From an uncultured cyanobacterium (GTDB lineage Bacteria; Cyanobacteriota; Cyanobacteriia; Pseudanabaenales; Pseudanabaenaceae), in the NCBI GenBank assembly GCA_963703315.1, contig OY969811.1, forward strand, positions 4,096,001 through 4,160,000: a stretch of 64,000 nucleotides of DNA, in the 5' to 3' direction. The position numbers and the translations under genes were made by a program. Positions 51,500-59,416 of this stretch are shown here, piece by piece; position 1 is the stretch's first letter, and the number at the start of each line of letters is the position of its first letter. The notes beneath the pieces are model-generated. The model made no database searches. It worked only from the letters and a program-made list of their open reading frames with translations, and was not told the DNA's origin.

Positions 51500-52192
51500 C
51501 TAGATTTCAAAATTAAATCCATTTTGCTTGAGTTGAATATATTTAATCTCATCAAATTGATAAAGCTTTGCAGCACGATGGGCTACACCTTGCTCGACTT
51601 CGCCAGTATCGATCAGCAAATCCATATTCAAGATTTTTTTGCGAAAGTTACGTTTGTCAAGCTGGCGATCGCAGACAGTTTCATATAGTTTTTGCAGTTG
51701 TGACAGGGTGAAGTTTTTAGGTAATAACTCAAAACCAATTGGTTCATAACGGATTTTGCCCCGCAGTCGGGCGATCGCCTTTTGCAAAATCTGCTCATGG
51801 TCAAAAGCTAACTGGGGAATTTTGGCAATCGGAAACCATTCAGCTTCACGCGCATCGGTGGCGGCTTGAATTTTTTGATCTACCAAATTAATCAGGGCAT
51901 AATAGGCGACTGTAACCGTGCGATCGCGAGGATCTCGCCCCAAATCACCAAAGGTATATAGCTGCTCTAGATAAACATCCTGTATCCCTGTTTCCTCTTG
52001 CAGTTCTCGCAAAGCCGCCTGTTCCAAAGTTTCCTCCATTCGCACAAATCCCCCTGGGATCGCCCATTGTCCTTGAAATGGCGGAATATCGCGTTTAATC
52101 AGCATAATTTTCAGCTCTAGCTCCGCATCTAGTCCAAAAACGATGCAGTCAACAGTTAAGGCGGGTCGAGGGTATTCGTAGGTGTGGGACAT
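51500..52192 (-). CDS. nrtR: NrtR family regulator (Nudix + winged HTH)
   Basis: Intact Nudix box [57 protein letters not shown]. Confidence 0.93.
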   Translation of the reverse strand: MSHTYEYPRPALTVDCIVFGLDAELELKIMLIKRDIPPFQGQWAIPGGFVRMEETLEQAALRELQEETGIQDVYLEQLYTFGDLGRDPRDRTVTVAYYALINLVDQKIQAATDAREAEWFPIAKIPQLAFDHEQILQKAIARLRGKIRYEPIGFELLPKNFTLSQLQKLYETVCDRQLDKRNFRKKILNMDLLIDTGEVEQGVAHRAAKLYQFDEIKYIQLKQNGFNFEI

Positions 52193-52244
52193 AGGTTTTC
52201 ATGTATGCAAAGTTGCTGCTACGCAGCAACTTTGCAAGTGATAG

Positions 52245-52273
52245 TTGACATAGTGTAAAAATAACACTATAGT
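52245..52273 (+). promoter_or_regulatory. Sigma70-type promoter of the PP2C-ARH-kinase operon
   Basis: TTGACA (52245-52250), 17 nt spacer, TATAGT (52268-52273). Confidence 0.8.
52250..52270. promoter_or_regulatory. NrtR operator 1
   Basis: 21-bp palindrome ATAGTGT-aaaaata-ACACTAT with the GT-N7-AC core typical of NrtR sites. Confidence 0.85.
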
Positions 52274-52275
52274 AG

Positions 52276-52296
52276 TTTGTGTAGTTTATACACTAT
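52276..52296. promoter_or_regulatory. NrtR operator 2
   Basis: TTTGTGT-agtttat-ACACTAT, same GT-N7-AC core, right half-site identical to operator 1. Confidence 0.8.
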
Positions 52297-52302
52297 ATCG
52301 CT

Positions 52303-53184
52303 ATGCAAGGACAAGTAGACATTCTCGATGAGCGATCGCTAGAAAGTTCTGACTTCCCTAGTCAGGACTTAGTAAATCAAGCTTTAGCAAATCAAGCTTT
52401 AGCAAATCAATTTGAATATGCAAGCGGTTCAATCATCGGGAGGAATCATGTTCTCGCTGGCAAAAATAATCAGGATGCTTATCAAATTTCTGTAAATAAG
52501 AGATTTATTACTGCGGTGGTGTGCGATGGCTGCGGCAGTGGTAAACATAGCGAAGTTGGTGCAAAGTTAGGCGCAAAGTTAGTGATTGGGGCAATTAGCA
52601 ATCTTCTTAATCAAGATGCTGAAAACCTATCTAATCCTGAGTTCTGGGATCTTGTTAAGCTTAATTTGTTGCAGAAGTTAAAGGATTTTGTAGCGCTTAC
52701 CAATGGTGATATGGAATTTGTAAATAATTATTTGTTGTTTACGATTCTTGGTGCAGTAATTACAGAACGCGAAACGATCGCTTTCTCAATGGGTGATGGC
52801 GCGATCGCTATTAATGGCAAACTAAATCAAATTCCTGCCTATCCTGACAATGCACCGCCCTATCTTGCCTACGGATTGTATAAACCTGAAGCAATTAATT
52901 TCGAGATACGCGATCGCCTCCCCACTTGCGAATTAGAATCCCTTCTCATCGCTACCGATGGAATTGATGATTTAATCGCAGTTGAAGATATCGCCCAGTT
53001 CTGGCAAAAAGATCGCTATTTCAAAAATCCTGACGCAGTGCGAAGAAAACTAGCCATGCTCAATCGGGAGGAAGTCAAACCTGATTGGAATAGAAAAGAG
53101 TTAACTAAGCGATCGGGCGTACTTTCTGATGATACGAGTTTGGTGGTGATACGAAGACCCTCACCCCCAGCCCCTCTCCCATAG
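52303..53184 (+). CDS. PP2C-family phosphatase (YegK-like)
   Basis: GRNH..NNQDA, VVCDGCGS..SEVGA, GDG, ATDG, DDTS. Confidence 0.88.
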   Translation: MQGQVDILDERSLESSDFPSQDLVNQALANQALANQFEYASGSIIGRNHVLAGKNNQDAYQISVNKRFITAVVCDGCGSGKHSEVGAKLGAKLVIGAISNLLNQDAENLSNPEFWDLVKLNLLQKLKDFVALTNGDMEFVNNYLLFTILGAVITERETIAFSMGDGAIAINGKLNQIPAYPDNAPPYLAYGLYKPEAINFEIRDRLPTCELESLLIATDGIDDLIAVEDIAQFWQKDRYFKNPDAVRRKLAMLNREEVKPDWNRKELTKRSGVLSDDTSLVVIRRPSPPAPLP

Positions 53185-53200
53185 GGCGAGGGGAGCAAGA
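53155..53200 (+). repeat. 46-bp CCCTCACCCC-type hairpin repeat (copy 1)
   Basis: agaccctcacccccagcccctctcccatagggcgaggggagcaaga, 42/46 identical to 55745-55790. Confidence 0.85.
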
Positions 53201-53233
53201 ATATTTTTACTTTTACCTTTTTACTTGAAAACT

Positions 53234-54007
53234 ATGTTAGGCGCAATTGTCGGTGATATTGTCGGTTCCATTTACGAGTTTAATAATCATCGCTCAAAAG
53301 ACTTCCCTCTCTTTGGTGAAGGATGTGATTTTACAGATGATACGGTTTTGACTGTGGCAGTTGCTGATTGCTTGTTGAATCAAGGTAATTATGCAGAATA
53401 CATCAAAAACTATGCTCGCAAATATCCCAATCGTGGCTATGGTGGACGCTTTGCTCAATGGATACGCTTTGAAAGTATGGAACCATACAATAGCTGGGGT
53501 AATGGCTCAGCCATGCGCGTCAGTGCCGTAGGATTTGCCTACAATGATTTGGAAGCCGTGATGAATGAGGCAAAGCGATCGGCAGAAGTCACTCACAATC
53601 ATCCCGAAGGAATTAAGGGAGCTCAGGCAACGGCTGTCGCGATTTATATGGCGCGTCAAGGTCAGAGCAAAGAGCAAATAAAAACAGCGATCGCTAAGTC
53701 TTTTAAATATGATTTAGATAGAACCTTAGACGAGATTCGTCCCATTTATAAGTTTAATGAATCATGTCAAGCAACCGTACCCGAAGCAATTATTGCCTTT
53801 TTAGAATCAACGGATTTTGAAGATGCGATTCGGAATGGAATTTCTCTAGGTGGTGATAGCGATACCCTGACTTGTATCACGGGCGGCATAGCTGAAGCTT
53901 TTTATGGTGGTGTACCAAAAGATATTGCTGACAAAGCTTTGAGTTATTTGCCACCACTCATTCGTGAAGTAGTTGAAGAATTTAGAACGAGGTATAACTT
54001 ATGTTAG
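53234..54007 (+). CDS. ADP-ribosylglycohydrolase (DraG/ARH family) 1
   Basis: GAIVGDIVGS, FTDDT, GNGSAMR, THNHPEG, GGDSDT. Confidence 0.93.
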   Translation: MLGAIVGDIVGSIYEFNNHRSKDFPLFGEGCDFTDDTVLTVAVADCLLNQGNYAEYIKNYARKYPNRGYGGRFAQWIRFESMEPYNSWGNGSAMRVSAVGFAYNDLEAVMNEAKRSAEVTHNHPEGIKGAQATAVAIYMARQGQSKEQIKTAIAKSFKYDLDRTLDEIRPIYKFNESCQATVPEAIIAFLESTDFEDAIRNGISLGGDSDTLTCITGGIAEAFYGGVPKDIADKALSYLPPLIREVVEEFRTRYNLC

Positions 54008-54789
54008 GCGCGATCGCTGGTGATATTATCGGTTCGATTTACGAAGTTATTCCCATGAAGCGGAAGAACTTTAAACTATTCTCTTTTGGTAGTCATTTTA
54101 GCGATGATACCGTTCTTACTTATGCCGTTGCTCATTCCATTCTCACGGGAACCAGCTATGCGGGTAACTTCAAAAAATGTTTTTGGCGCTATCCCTTAGC
54201 AGGATTTGGACAGAGGTTTACTTGCTGGGCAATGCGAAATGGCAAGGAAGGCTATAACAGTTGGGGTAATGGTGCAGCGATGCGGGTGAGTCCGATCTCA
54301 TGGGCTTATGATAATCTCGAAGATGTCCTCAAGGAAGCCGAACGCTGCACCGCCACAACTCACAATCATCCTGAAGGTATTAAAGGTGGACAGGCAACGG
54401 CGGCGGCAATTTTCCTAGCCCGTCAGGGCAGAACTAAGACAGAAATCCGCGACTATATCGAGCAAACTTTCCATTACGATTTGCATCGCACTATCGATGA
54501 AATTCGCCCCAATTATAAGTTTGAGGTTTCCTGTCAAAAAAGTGTTCCTGAAGCAATCATCGCCTTTTTAGAATCAATAGATTTTGAAGATGCAATTCGC
54601 AATGCCGTATCTCTCGGTGGTGATAGCGACACGATCGCCGCAATTACAGGAAGCATTGCTGAAGCCTTTTATGGGGGTGTGCCTCATGCGATCGCGGTAC
54701 AGGTGTGGAAGAAACTAGATCGGCGAATTAGGAACACAGTGCTTGAGTTTAGTGGAACTTACAATTTGCCTTGCTATTTGAAATATTAG
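54001..54789 (+). CDS. ADP-ribosylglycohydrolase (DraG/ARH family) 2
   Basis: GAIAGDIIGS, FSDDT, GNGAAMR, THNHPEG, GGDSDT. Confidence 0.93.
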   Translation: MLGAIAGDIIGSIYEVIPMKRKNFKLFSFGSHFSDDTVLTYAVAHSILTGTSYAGNFKKCFWRYPLAGFGQRFTCWAMRNGKEGYNSWGNGAAMRVSPISWAYDNLEDVLKEAERCTATTHNHPEGIKGGQATAAAIFLARQGRTKTEIRDYIEQTFHYDLHRTIDEIRPNYKFEVSCQKSVPEAIIAFLESIDFEDAIRNAVSLGGDSDTIAAITGSIAEAFYGGVPHAIAVQVWKKLDRRIRNTVLEFSGTYNLPCYLKY

Positions 54790-54799
54790 GCGCAAAATC

Positions 54800-56656
54800 A
54801 TGGATATCTATCTCAATCAAAAGCGGATTAAAATCAATCCTAAAAATGCGATCGGCAAGGGTGGCGAAGCAGATATCTATGACCTCAAAAACGGCAAGGT
54901 TCTCAAACTCTTCAAAACCGCCGATCATCCAGATTATCAATTACTGCCACAGGAACAATTAGCGGCAAAATCGAGATTAGCGCTCCATCAGCAAAAATTA
55001 CCTGTTTTCCCGCAAAATCTGCCAGTAAGAGTGATTAAACCCGAAACTTTAGCAACAGATCAACAGGGCGCAATACTGGGCTATGCAATGCCTTTTTTGC
55101 AAAATACAGTACCACTTTTGAAATATAGCGATCGCAATTATCGCCAAACTAACGCTATCTCGCAGCAATCTGTAACTAATCTATTTCAAGATCTCCATGA
55201 ATCAGTTCTGAAAATCCATCAAGCAAATGTCACAATTGGTGATTTCAATGATTTGAATTTGCTGGTTTCTCAAAATCAAGTTTATTTGATTGATGCTGAT
55301 TCTTTCCAATTTGGACAGTTCCCTTGTCAGGTATTTACAGCAAGGTTTGTTGATCCGATATTGTGCGATCGCAGTGCTAATCAACCCATCCTCACCAGTT
55401 CTCACAATCCTGATTCCGATTGGTACGCCTTCACCGTGATGCTGATGCAGAGCCTTCTCTACGTCGATCCCTATGGCGGCGTATATAAGCCCAAATCGCA
55501 ATCTTCGCAAATCCCTCATAGTGCCAGACCTTTGCAAAGAATTACGATTTTCCATCCTGATGTCCGTTATCCCAAACCTGCCATTTCCTACAAAGTTCTA
55601 TCCGATGATTTGTTACATCACTTTCATAATTGCTTTGAAAAAGACTGGCGTGGAGATTTTCCCAAACCTCTGCTCGAATCAATGCGTTGGACAAAATGTA
55701 ACCAATGTGGAATCGAACATTTAAGGACTACCTGCCCAATTTGTAGACCCTCACCCCTAGCCCCTCTCCCACAGGGAGAGGGGAACAAGATGGGGAAAAC
55801 GTCTTGTAAGGTTTTGCAAGTCTTCCAAACTGAAGGCATAATCCTTCAAGTCACTTTACAAAACAATTCTCTCAATTATCTCTATCACGCTAACCACGAA
55901 TTCAAACGCGAAGACAACACAGTTTTATTATCAGGAGAACTCGATGCTAATACTCAATTTGCAATCTTTGGTAAGTCCACAATCGTTACTAAGCAAGGTA
56001 AAGCAATTACTCTCACGCAAGGACAACCGCAAGCGATCGCCACCGAGCTAATCCGAACCAATTCTTTCTCTCGTTACTGGATTGATCAAGGTCAATTACT
56101 CCGCGATGGCAAGCTAGGGAATGAATATATCGGCGATATTCTCGAAGGACAAACTCAGTTCTGGGTTGGTGAAACTTTCGGCTTTGGCTTTTATCGGGCA
56201 GGTGCGCTTAGCGTCGCTTTTACCTTTGATGCTAAGCGTGCAGGAATTTGCGATCGCCTAAATCTCCCCCCAATCCAAGGAGAGCTAATCGATGCAAATT
56301 GCACCTTTAGTAATGACCTCTGCTGGTTCTTCACCATCACTCAAGAGCAAGGTAGCATCATCCATCGAGTTTCCGTATTGCGTCCAACTGGCGAGTTAGT
56401 AGCAACTCATGCCGCACCGAAAGGGAATCTGGCATGGTTGACGAATATTCATGGTGGCAGTGCGATCGCTAATTGGCTATTCGTTCCCACCGATGAAGGT
56501 ATTGCTAGAGTTGAGGCACAAAATGGACAAATTATGATTACGAAAACTTTTCCCGAAACGGAACCCTATGTAGATAGCGGCTGTTCTCTAATCGTTAACT
56601 CACAAGGTATCTATGTGATTCACTCACAGAAGATTTTACAGTTACAATTGTCCTAG
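54800..56656 (+). CDS. YegI-like atypical Ser/Thr kinase with Zn ribbon and beta-rich C-terminal domain
   Basis: IGKGGEA, VLKLF, IGDFNDLNLLV, LIDADSF (DxD instead of DFG), CNQC..CPIC. Confidence 0.85.
   Translation: MDIYLNQKRIKINPKNAIGKGGEADIYDLKNGKVLKLFKTADHPDYQLLPQEQLAAKSRLALHQQKLPVFPQNLPVRVIKPETLATDQQGAILGYAMPFLQNTVPLLKYSDRNYRQTNAISQQSVTNLFQDLHESVLKIHQANVTIGDFNDLNLLVSQNQVYLIDADSFQFGQFPCQVFTARFVDPILCDRSANQPILTSSHNPDSDWYAFTVMLMQSLLYVDPYGGVYKPKSQSSQIPHSARPLQRITIFHPDVRYPKPAISYKVLSDDLLHHFHNCFEKDWRGDFPKPLLESMRWTKCNQCGIEHLRTTCPICRPSPLAPLPQGEGNKMGKTSCKVLQVFQTEGIILQVTLQNNSLNYLYHANHEFKREDNTVLLSGELDANTQFAIFGKSTIVTKQGKAITLTQGQPQAIATELIRTNSFSRYWIDQGQLLRDGKLGNEYIGDILEGQTQFWVGETFGFGFYRAGALSVAFTFDAKRAGICDRLNLPPIQGELIDANCTFSNDLCWFFTITQEQGSIIHRVSVLRPTGELVATHAAPKGNLAWLTNIHGGSAIANWLFVPTDEGIARVEAQNGQIMITKTFPETEPYVDSGCSLIVNSQGIYVIHSQKILQLQLS
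55745..55790 (+). repeat. 46-bp CCCTCACCCC-type hairpin repeat (copy 2, in-frame inside kinase gene)
   Basis: Translated as RPSPLAPLPQGEGNK between the Zn ribbon and the C-terminal domain. Confidence 0.85.
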
Positions 56657-56690
56657 CAATATTTTTAGCAATATATTCAGGTGATCTGCC

Positions 56691-57287
56691 ATGTCCTATA
56701 GCGAATTTACCTTAGAGTCAGTTCAGACAGCCTTTGACCTCACGATTGCTGAACGTGCCAATTTACTAAACGATTCCCCTTTAGCAGAATCCAGTGAATT
56801 TCTCAAACAACTTCTCGAAGAATTTGTGCCATTAGCGCTGGCAATGAATACCGAAAAAGCGCGATCAGAATTAATCATTGCGCCGATTTTAGTAGAAGTT
56901 CGCAAAAAATACTTAGACAAAGCAAGTTTATTCTCAGGTGTGGAACTCAACATTGATCGCGATTCTGGATTAAATGGTGTTTGTGACTTCTTATTAAGCC
57001 GATCGCCTTCACAACTAATGCTCAAAGCACCTGTTGTAGTTGTAGTTGAGGCAAAAAAGGAGAATATCAACGGAGCATTAGGACAATGTATTGCCGAAAT
57101 GTGGGCAGCGAAACTTTTCAATCAGCAACATGAGAATGATATTTCTGTAATTTATGGAGCCGCCACCACTGGCAACGATTGGAAGTTTTTACGCCTAAGC
57201 GATCGCCTTGTAGAGATTGATTTAACTGAGTATCAACTCAGTAATATAGACAAAATTCTAGGTATTCTTTCTCTCTCTTTTCAATAA
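56691..57287 (+). CDS. PD-(D/E)XK restriction-endonuclease-fold hypothetical protein
   Basis: EKARSE, GVCDF, VVEAKK, GQCIAEM, TTGNDWKF. Confidence 0.7.
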   Translation: MSYSEFTLESVQTAFDLTIAERANLLNDSPLAESSEFLKQLLEEFVPLALAMNTEKARSELIIAPILVEVRKKYLDKASLFSGVELNIDRDSGLNGVCDFLLSRSPSQLMLKAPVVVVVEAKKENINGALGQCIAEMWAAKLFNQQHENDISVIYGAATTGNDWKFLRLSDRLVEIDLTEYQLSNIDKILGILSLSFQ

Positions 57288-57311
57288 TTTTAAAACTGGA
57301 GAAACATTAAA

Positions 57312-58364
57312 ATGACTACTCAAATTGTTACACAACTTCCCATTCCTGCTTTTTTCGATCGCCACAAAGTCGGATCAGTATGGCGTGTCCCTTACCAAGA
57401 CCGCGCTAACCAAGCTGAAGCATGGGCTAAACAACATGGTATTGTCCCTGCCGCAAAGGATCGTAAGAAAATTTGTTTAATGGCGATCGATGTACAGAAT
57501 ACCTTTTGTATTCCCGATCATGAGCTATTTGTAGGTGGGCGTTCTGGTACTGGTGCGATCGAGGATAATGTGCGGCTGTGCGAGTTTATCTATCGTAACT
57601 TGCACCACATCAGCGAGATTGCGCCCACGATGGATACTCATACCGCCATGCAAATTTTCCATCCCATCTTTTGGGTGAATGATTCAGGAGAACATCCGAT
57701 TCCCAATGCTACTTCCATCACTTTAGAAGATGTGCAGCAAGGCAAGTGGAAAGTAAATCCTGCGATCGCCTATAGTCTTGCTAAAGGTAACTACATGGCA
57801 ATCCAGCGTCACGCATTGCATTATGTGCAGAAGCTTAGCGATGAAGGTAAGTTTCCACTTACGGTTTGGGCATATCACTCCATGCTCGGCGGTATCGGTC
57901 ATGCGCTAGTTTCTTCCGTCGAAGAAGCGATGTTCTTTCACAATATTGCGCGGCATAGTCAGACTAATTTCGAGATTAAAGGCGGTAATCCTCTCACTGA
58001 GAACTATTCTGTATTGCGTCCTGAAGTGATGGATGGAGCCGACGGCAGACCGATCGCACAGAAGAATACGCGCTTCTTGCAAAGACTATTGGAATTTGAC
58101 GCTGTAATTATTGCAGGTCAAGCCAAGAGTCATTGCGTTGCATGGACAATTCAAGATTTGCTCAGCGAAATCCTTGCCCATGATCCTAAACTCGCAAAGA
58201 AAGTCTATCTGTTGGAAGATTGTACTTCGCCAGTGGTTGTTCCGAATGTGGTCGATTACACCGATCAAGCAGATGCTGCCTTTCAGCGATTTGCTGATGC
58301 AGGTATGCACTTGGTCAAATCCACTGATGCAATGGAAAGTTGGGCGGATCTCAATCTCTCTTAA
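57312..58364 (+). CDS. Nicotinamidase/isochorismatase-family cysteine hydrolase
   Basis: [25 protein letters not shown] provide the Asp/Lys/Cys catalytic set and metal ligands. Confidence 0.88.
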   Translation: MTTQIVTQLPIPAFFDRHKVGSVWRVPYQDRANQAEAWAKQHGIVPAAKDRKKICLMAIDVQNTFCIPDHELFVGGRSGTGAIEDNVRLCEFIYRNLHHISEIAPTMDTHTAMQIFHPIFWVNDSGEHPIPNATSITLEDVQQGKWKVNPAIAYSLAKGNYMAIQRHALHYVQKLSDEGKFPLTVWAYHSMLGGIGHALVSSVEEAMFFHNIARHSQTNFEIKGGNPLTENYSVLRPEVMDGADGRPIAQKNTRFLQRLLEFDAVIIAGQAKSHCVAWTIQDLLSEILAHDPKLAKKVYLLEDCTSPVVVPNVVDYTDQADAAFQRFADAGMHLVKSTDAMESWADLNLS

Positions 58365-58374
58365 ATTTATCTCC

Positions 58375-58555
58375 GTAGGGGCAGAGCATTCCTGCCACAA
58401 TTTATAAATTTTTAGATTCGCTCAATTTGGGAATGCTCTGCCCAACACCTAACAACGCAGGGACAATTTATCGGCAAAAGCAAGAGGGTTGAGCATTTGC
58501 GAATCGAGGTTTCTGTGGTGTGTTCCAAATTGTGACGCAAATGCTCAACCCCTAC
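58375..58555. repeat. Composite GTAG-type REP/BIME-like element (copy 2)
   Basis: Same two hairpins as 11381-11621, bounded by GTAG...CTAC. Confidence 0.75.
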
Positions 58556-58570
58556 AGATCAAATGCATAT

Positions 58571-58616
58571 CACCAATTACCAATTACCAATTACCTATTA
58601 CCAATTACCTATTACC
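58571..58616. repeat. Heptamer tandem repeat (TACCWAT x6), STRR-like
   Basis: caccaat taccaat taccaat tacctat taccaat tacctat tacc, abutting the vWA ATG. Confidence 0.85.
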
Positions 58617-59390
58617 ATGACTAACATTAATGATCTCTTTCAATCTGCTTTAGATGATGGAACCCTTTCCAATGAATCTTTACAAGCACTCACTGTTTAT
58701 GACCTCGGCGCACAAATCCAAGCAGGGCTTGGCATTCATGTTGATGATGTCATGTCTAGCGAAGTTGTGCTAGTAACGATTATGCCCGATGACTCTGGCT
58801 CGATCCAGTACTCAGGAAATGCTCAGGCAGTACGCGGCGGACATAACTCCGTAATTGATGCACTAATATCTTCGCAGCAACAGGACAATATTCTCATTCA
58901 CAATCGCTATTTAAATGGAAATGTTCTCTATCCCTACTGCCCGATCGCACAGGCAATCAGGATGGATTCCAAAAACTACACCCCAAATCAAGGTACACCA
59001 CTTTATGATCAGACGGTAGTGCTACTGGGGACAGTTTTAGCCAAAGCTCAAGAATTTTCGGATAATGGTGTACCAGTTCGCACTGTGACCCTGATTATTA
59101 CCGATGGTGATGATTGCCATTCGATGCGTCATACCGCTAAGGATGTGGCAGCGATCGCCCATGATATGTTGCGGATGGAAAACCATGTGATCGCTGCGAT
59201 GGGTATTGATGATGGCTCTACAAATTTCCGCCAAGTGTTTAAAGATATGGGAATTCGTGATGAATGGATTCTCACACCTGCGAATAGCGATGGCGAAATT
59301 CGCAAGGCTTTTCAGGTATTCTCGCAGTCAGCAATGCGTGTGAGTCAGAGTGCGGCTAACTTTAATTCACTAGGTGGATTTGGTGGTTAG
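58617..59390 (+). CDS. vWA domain protein (TerY/YegL-like)
   Basis: MIDAS DDSGS, GTPLYD, IITDG. Start placed at ATG 58617, after the heptamer repeat. Confidence 0.85.
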   Translation: MTNINDLFQSALDDGTLSNESLQALTVYDLGAQIQAGLGIHVDDVMSSEVVLVTIMPDDSGSIQYSGNAQAVRGGHNSVIDALISSQQQDNILIHNRYLNGNVLYPYCPIAQAIRMDSKNYTPNQGTPLYDQTVVLLGTVLAKAQEFSDNGVPVRTVTLIITDGDDCHSMRHTAKDVAAIAHDMLRMENHVIAAMGIDDGSTNFRQVFKDMGIRDEWILTPANSDGEIRKAFQVFSQSAMRVSQSAANFNSLGGFGG

Positions 59391-59416
59391 CAACAAGGGG
59401 CATACGCCCCTTGTTG

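Noticed and set aside
52374..52410. 15-bp tandem repeat (NQALA) at the PP2C N-terminus
   Set aside because: It is an in-frame slippage duplication in a likely disordered leader, with no evident function.
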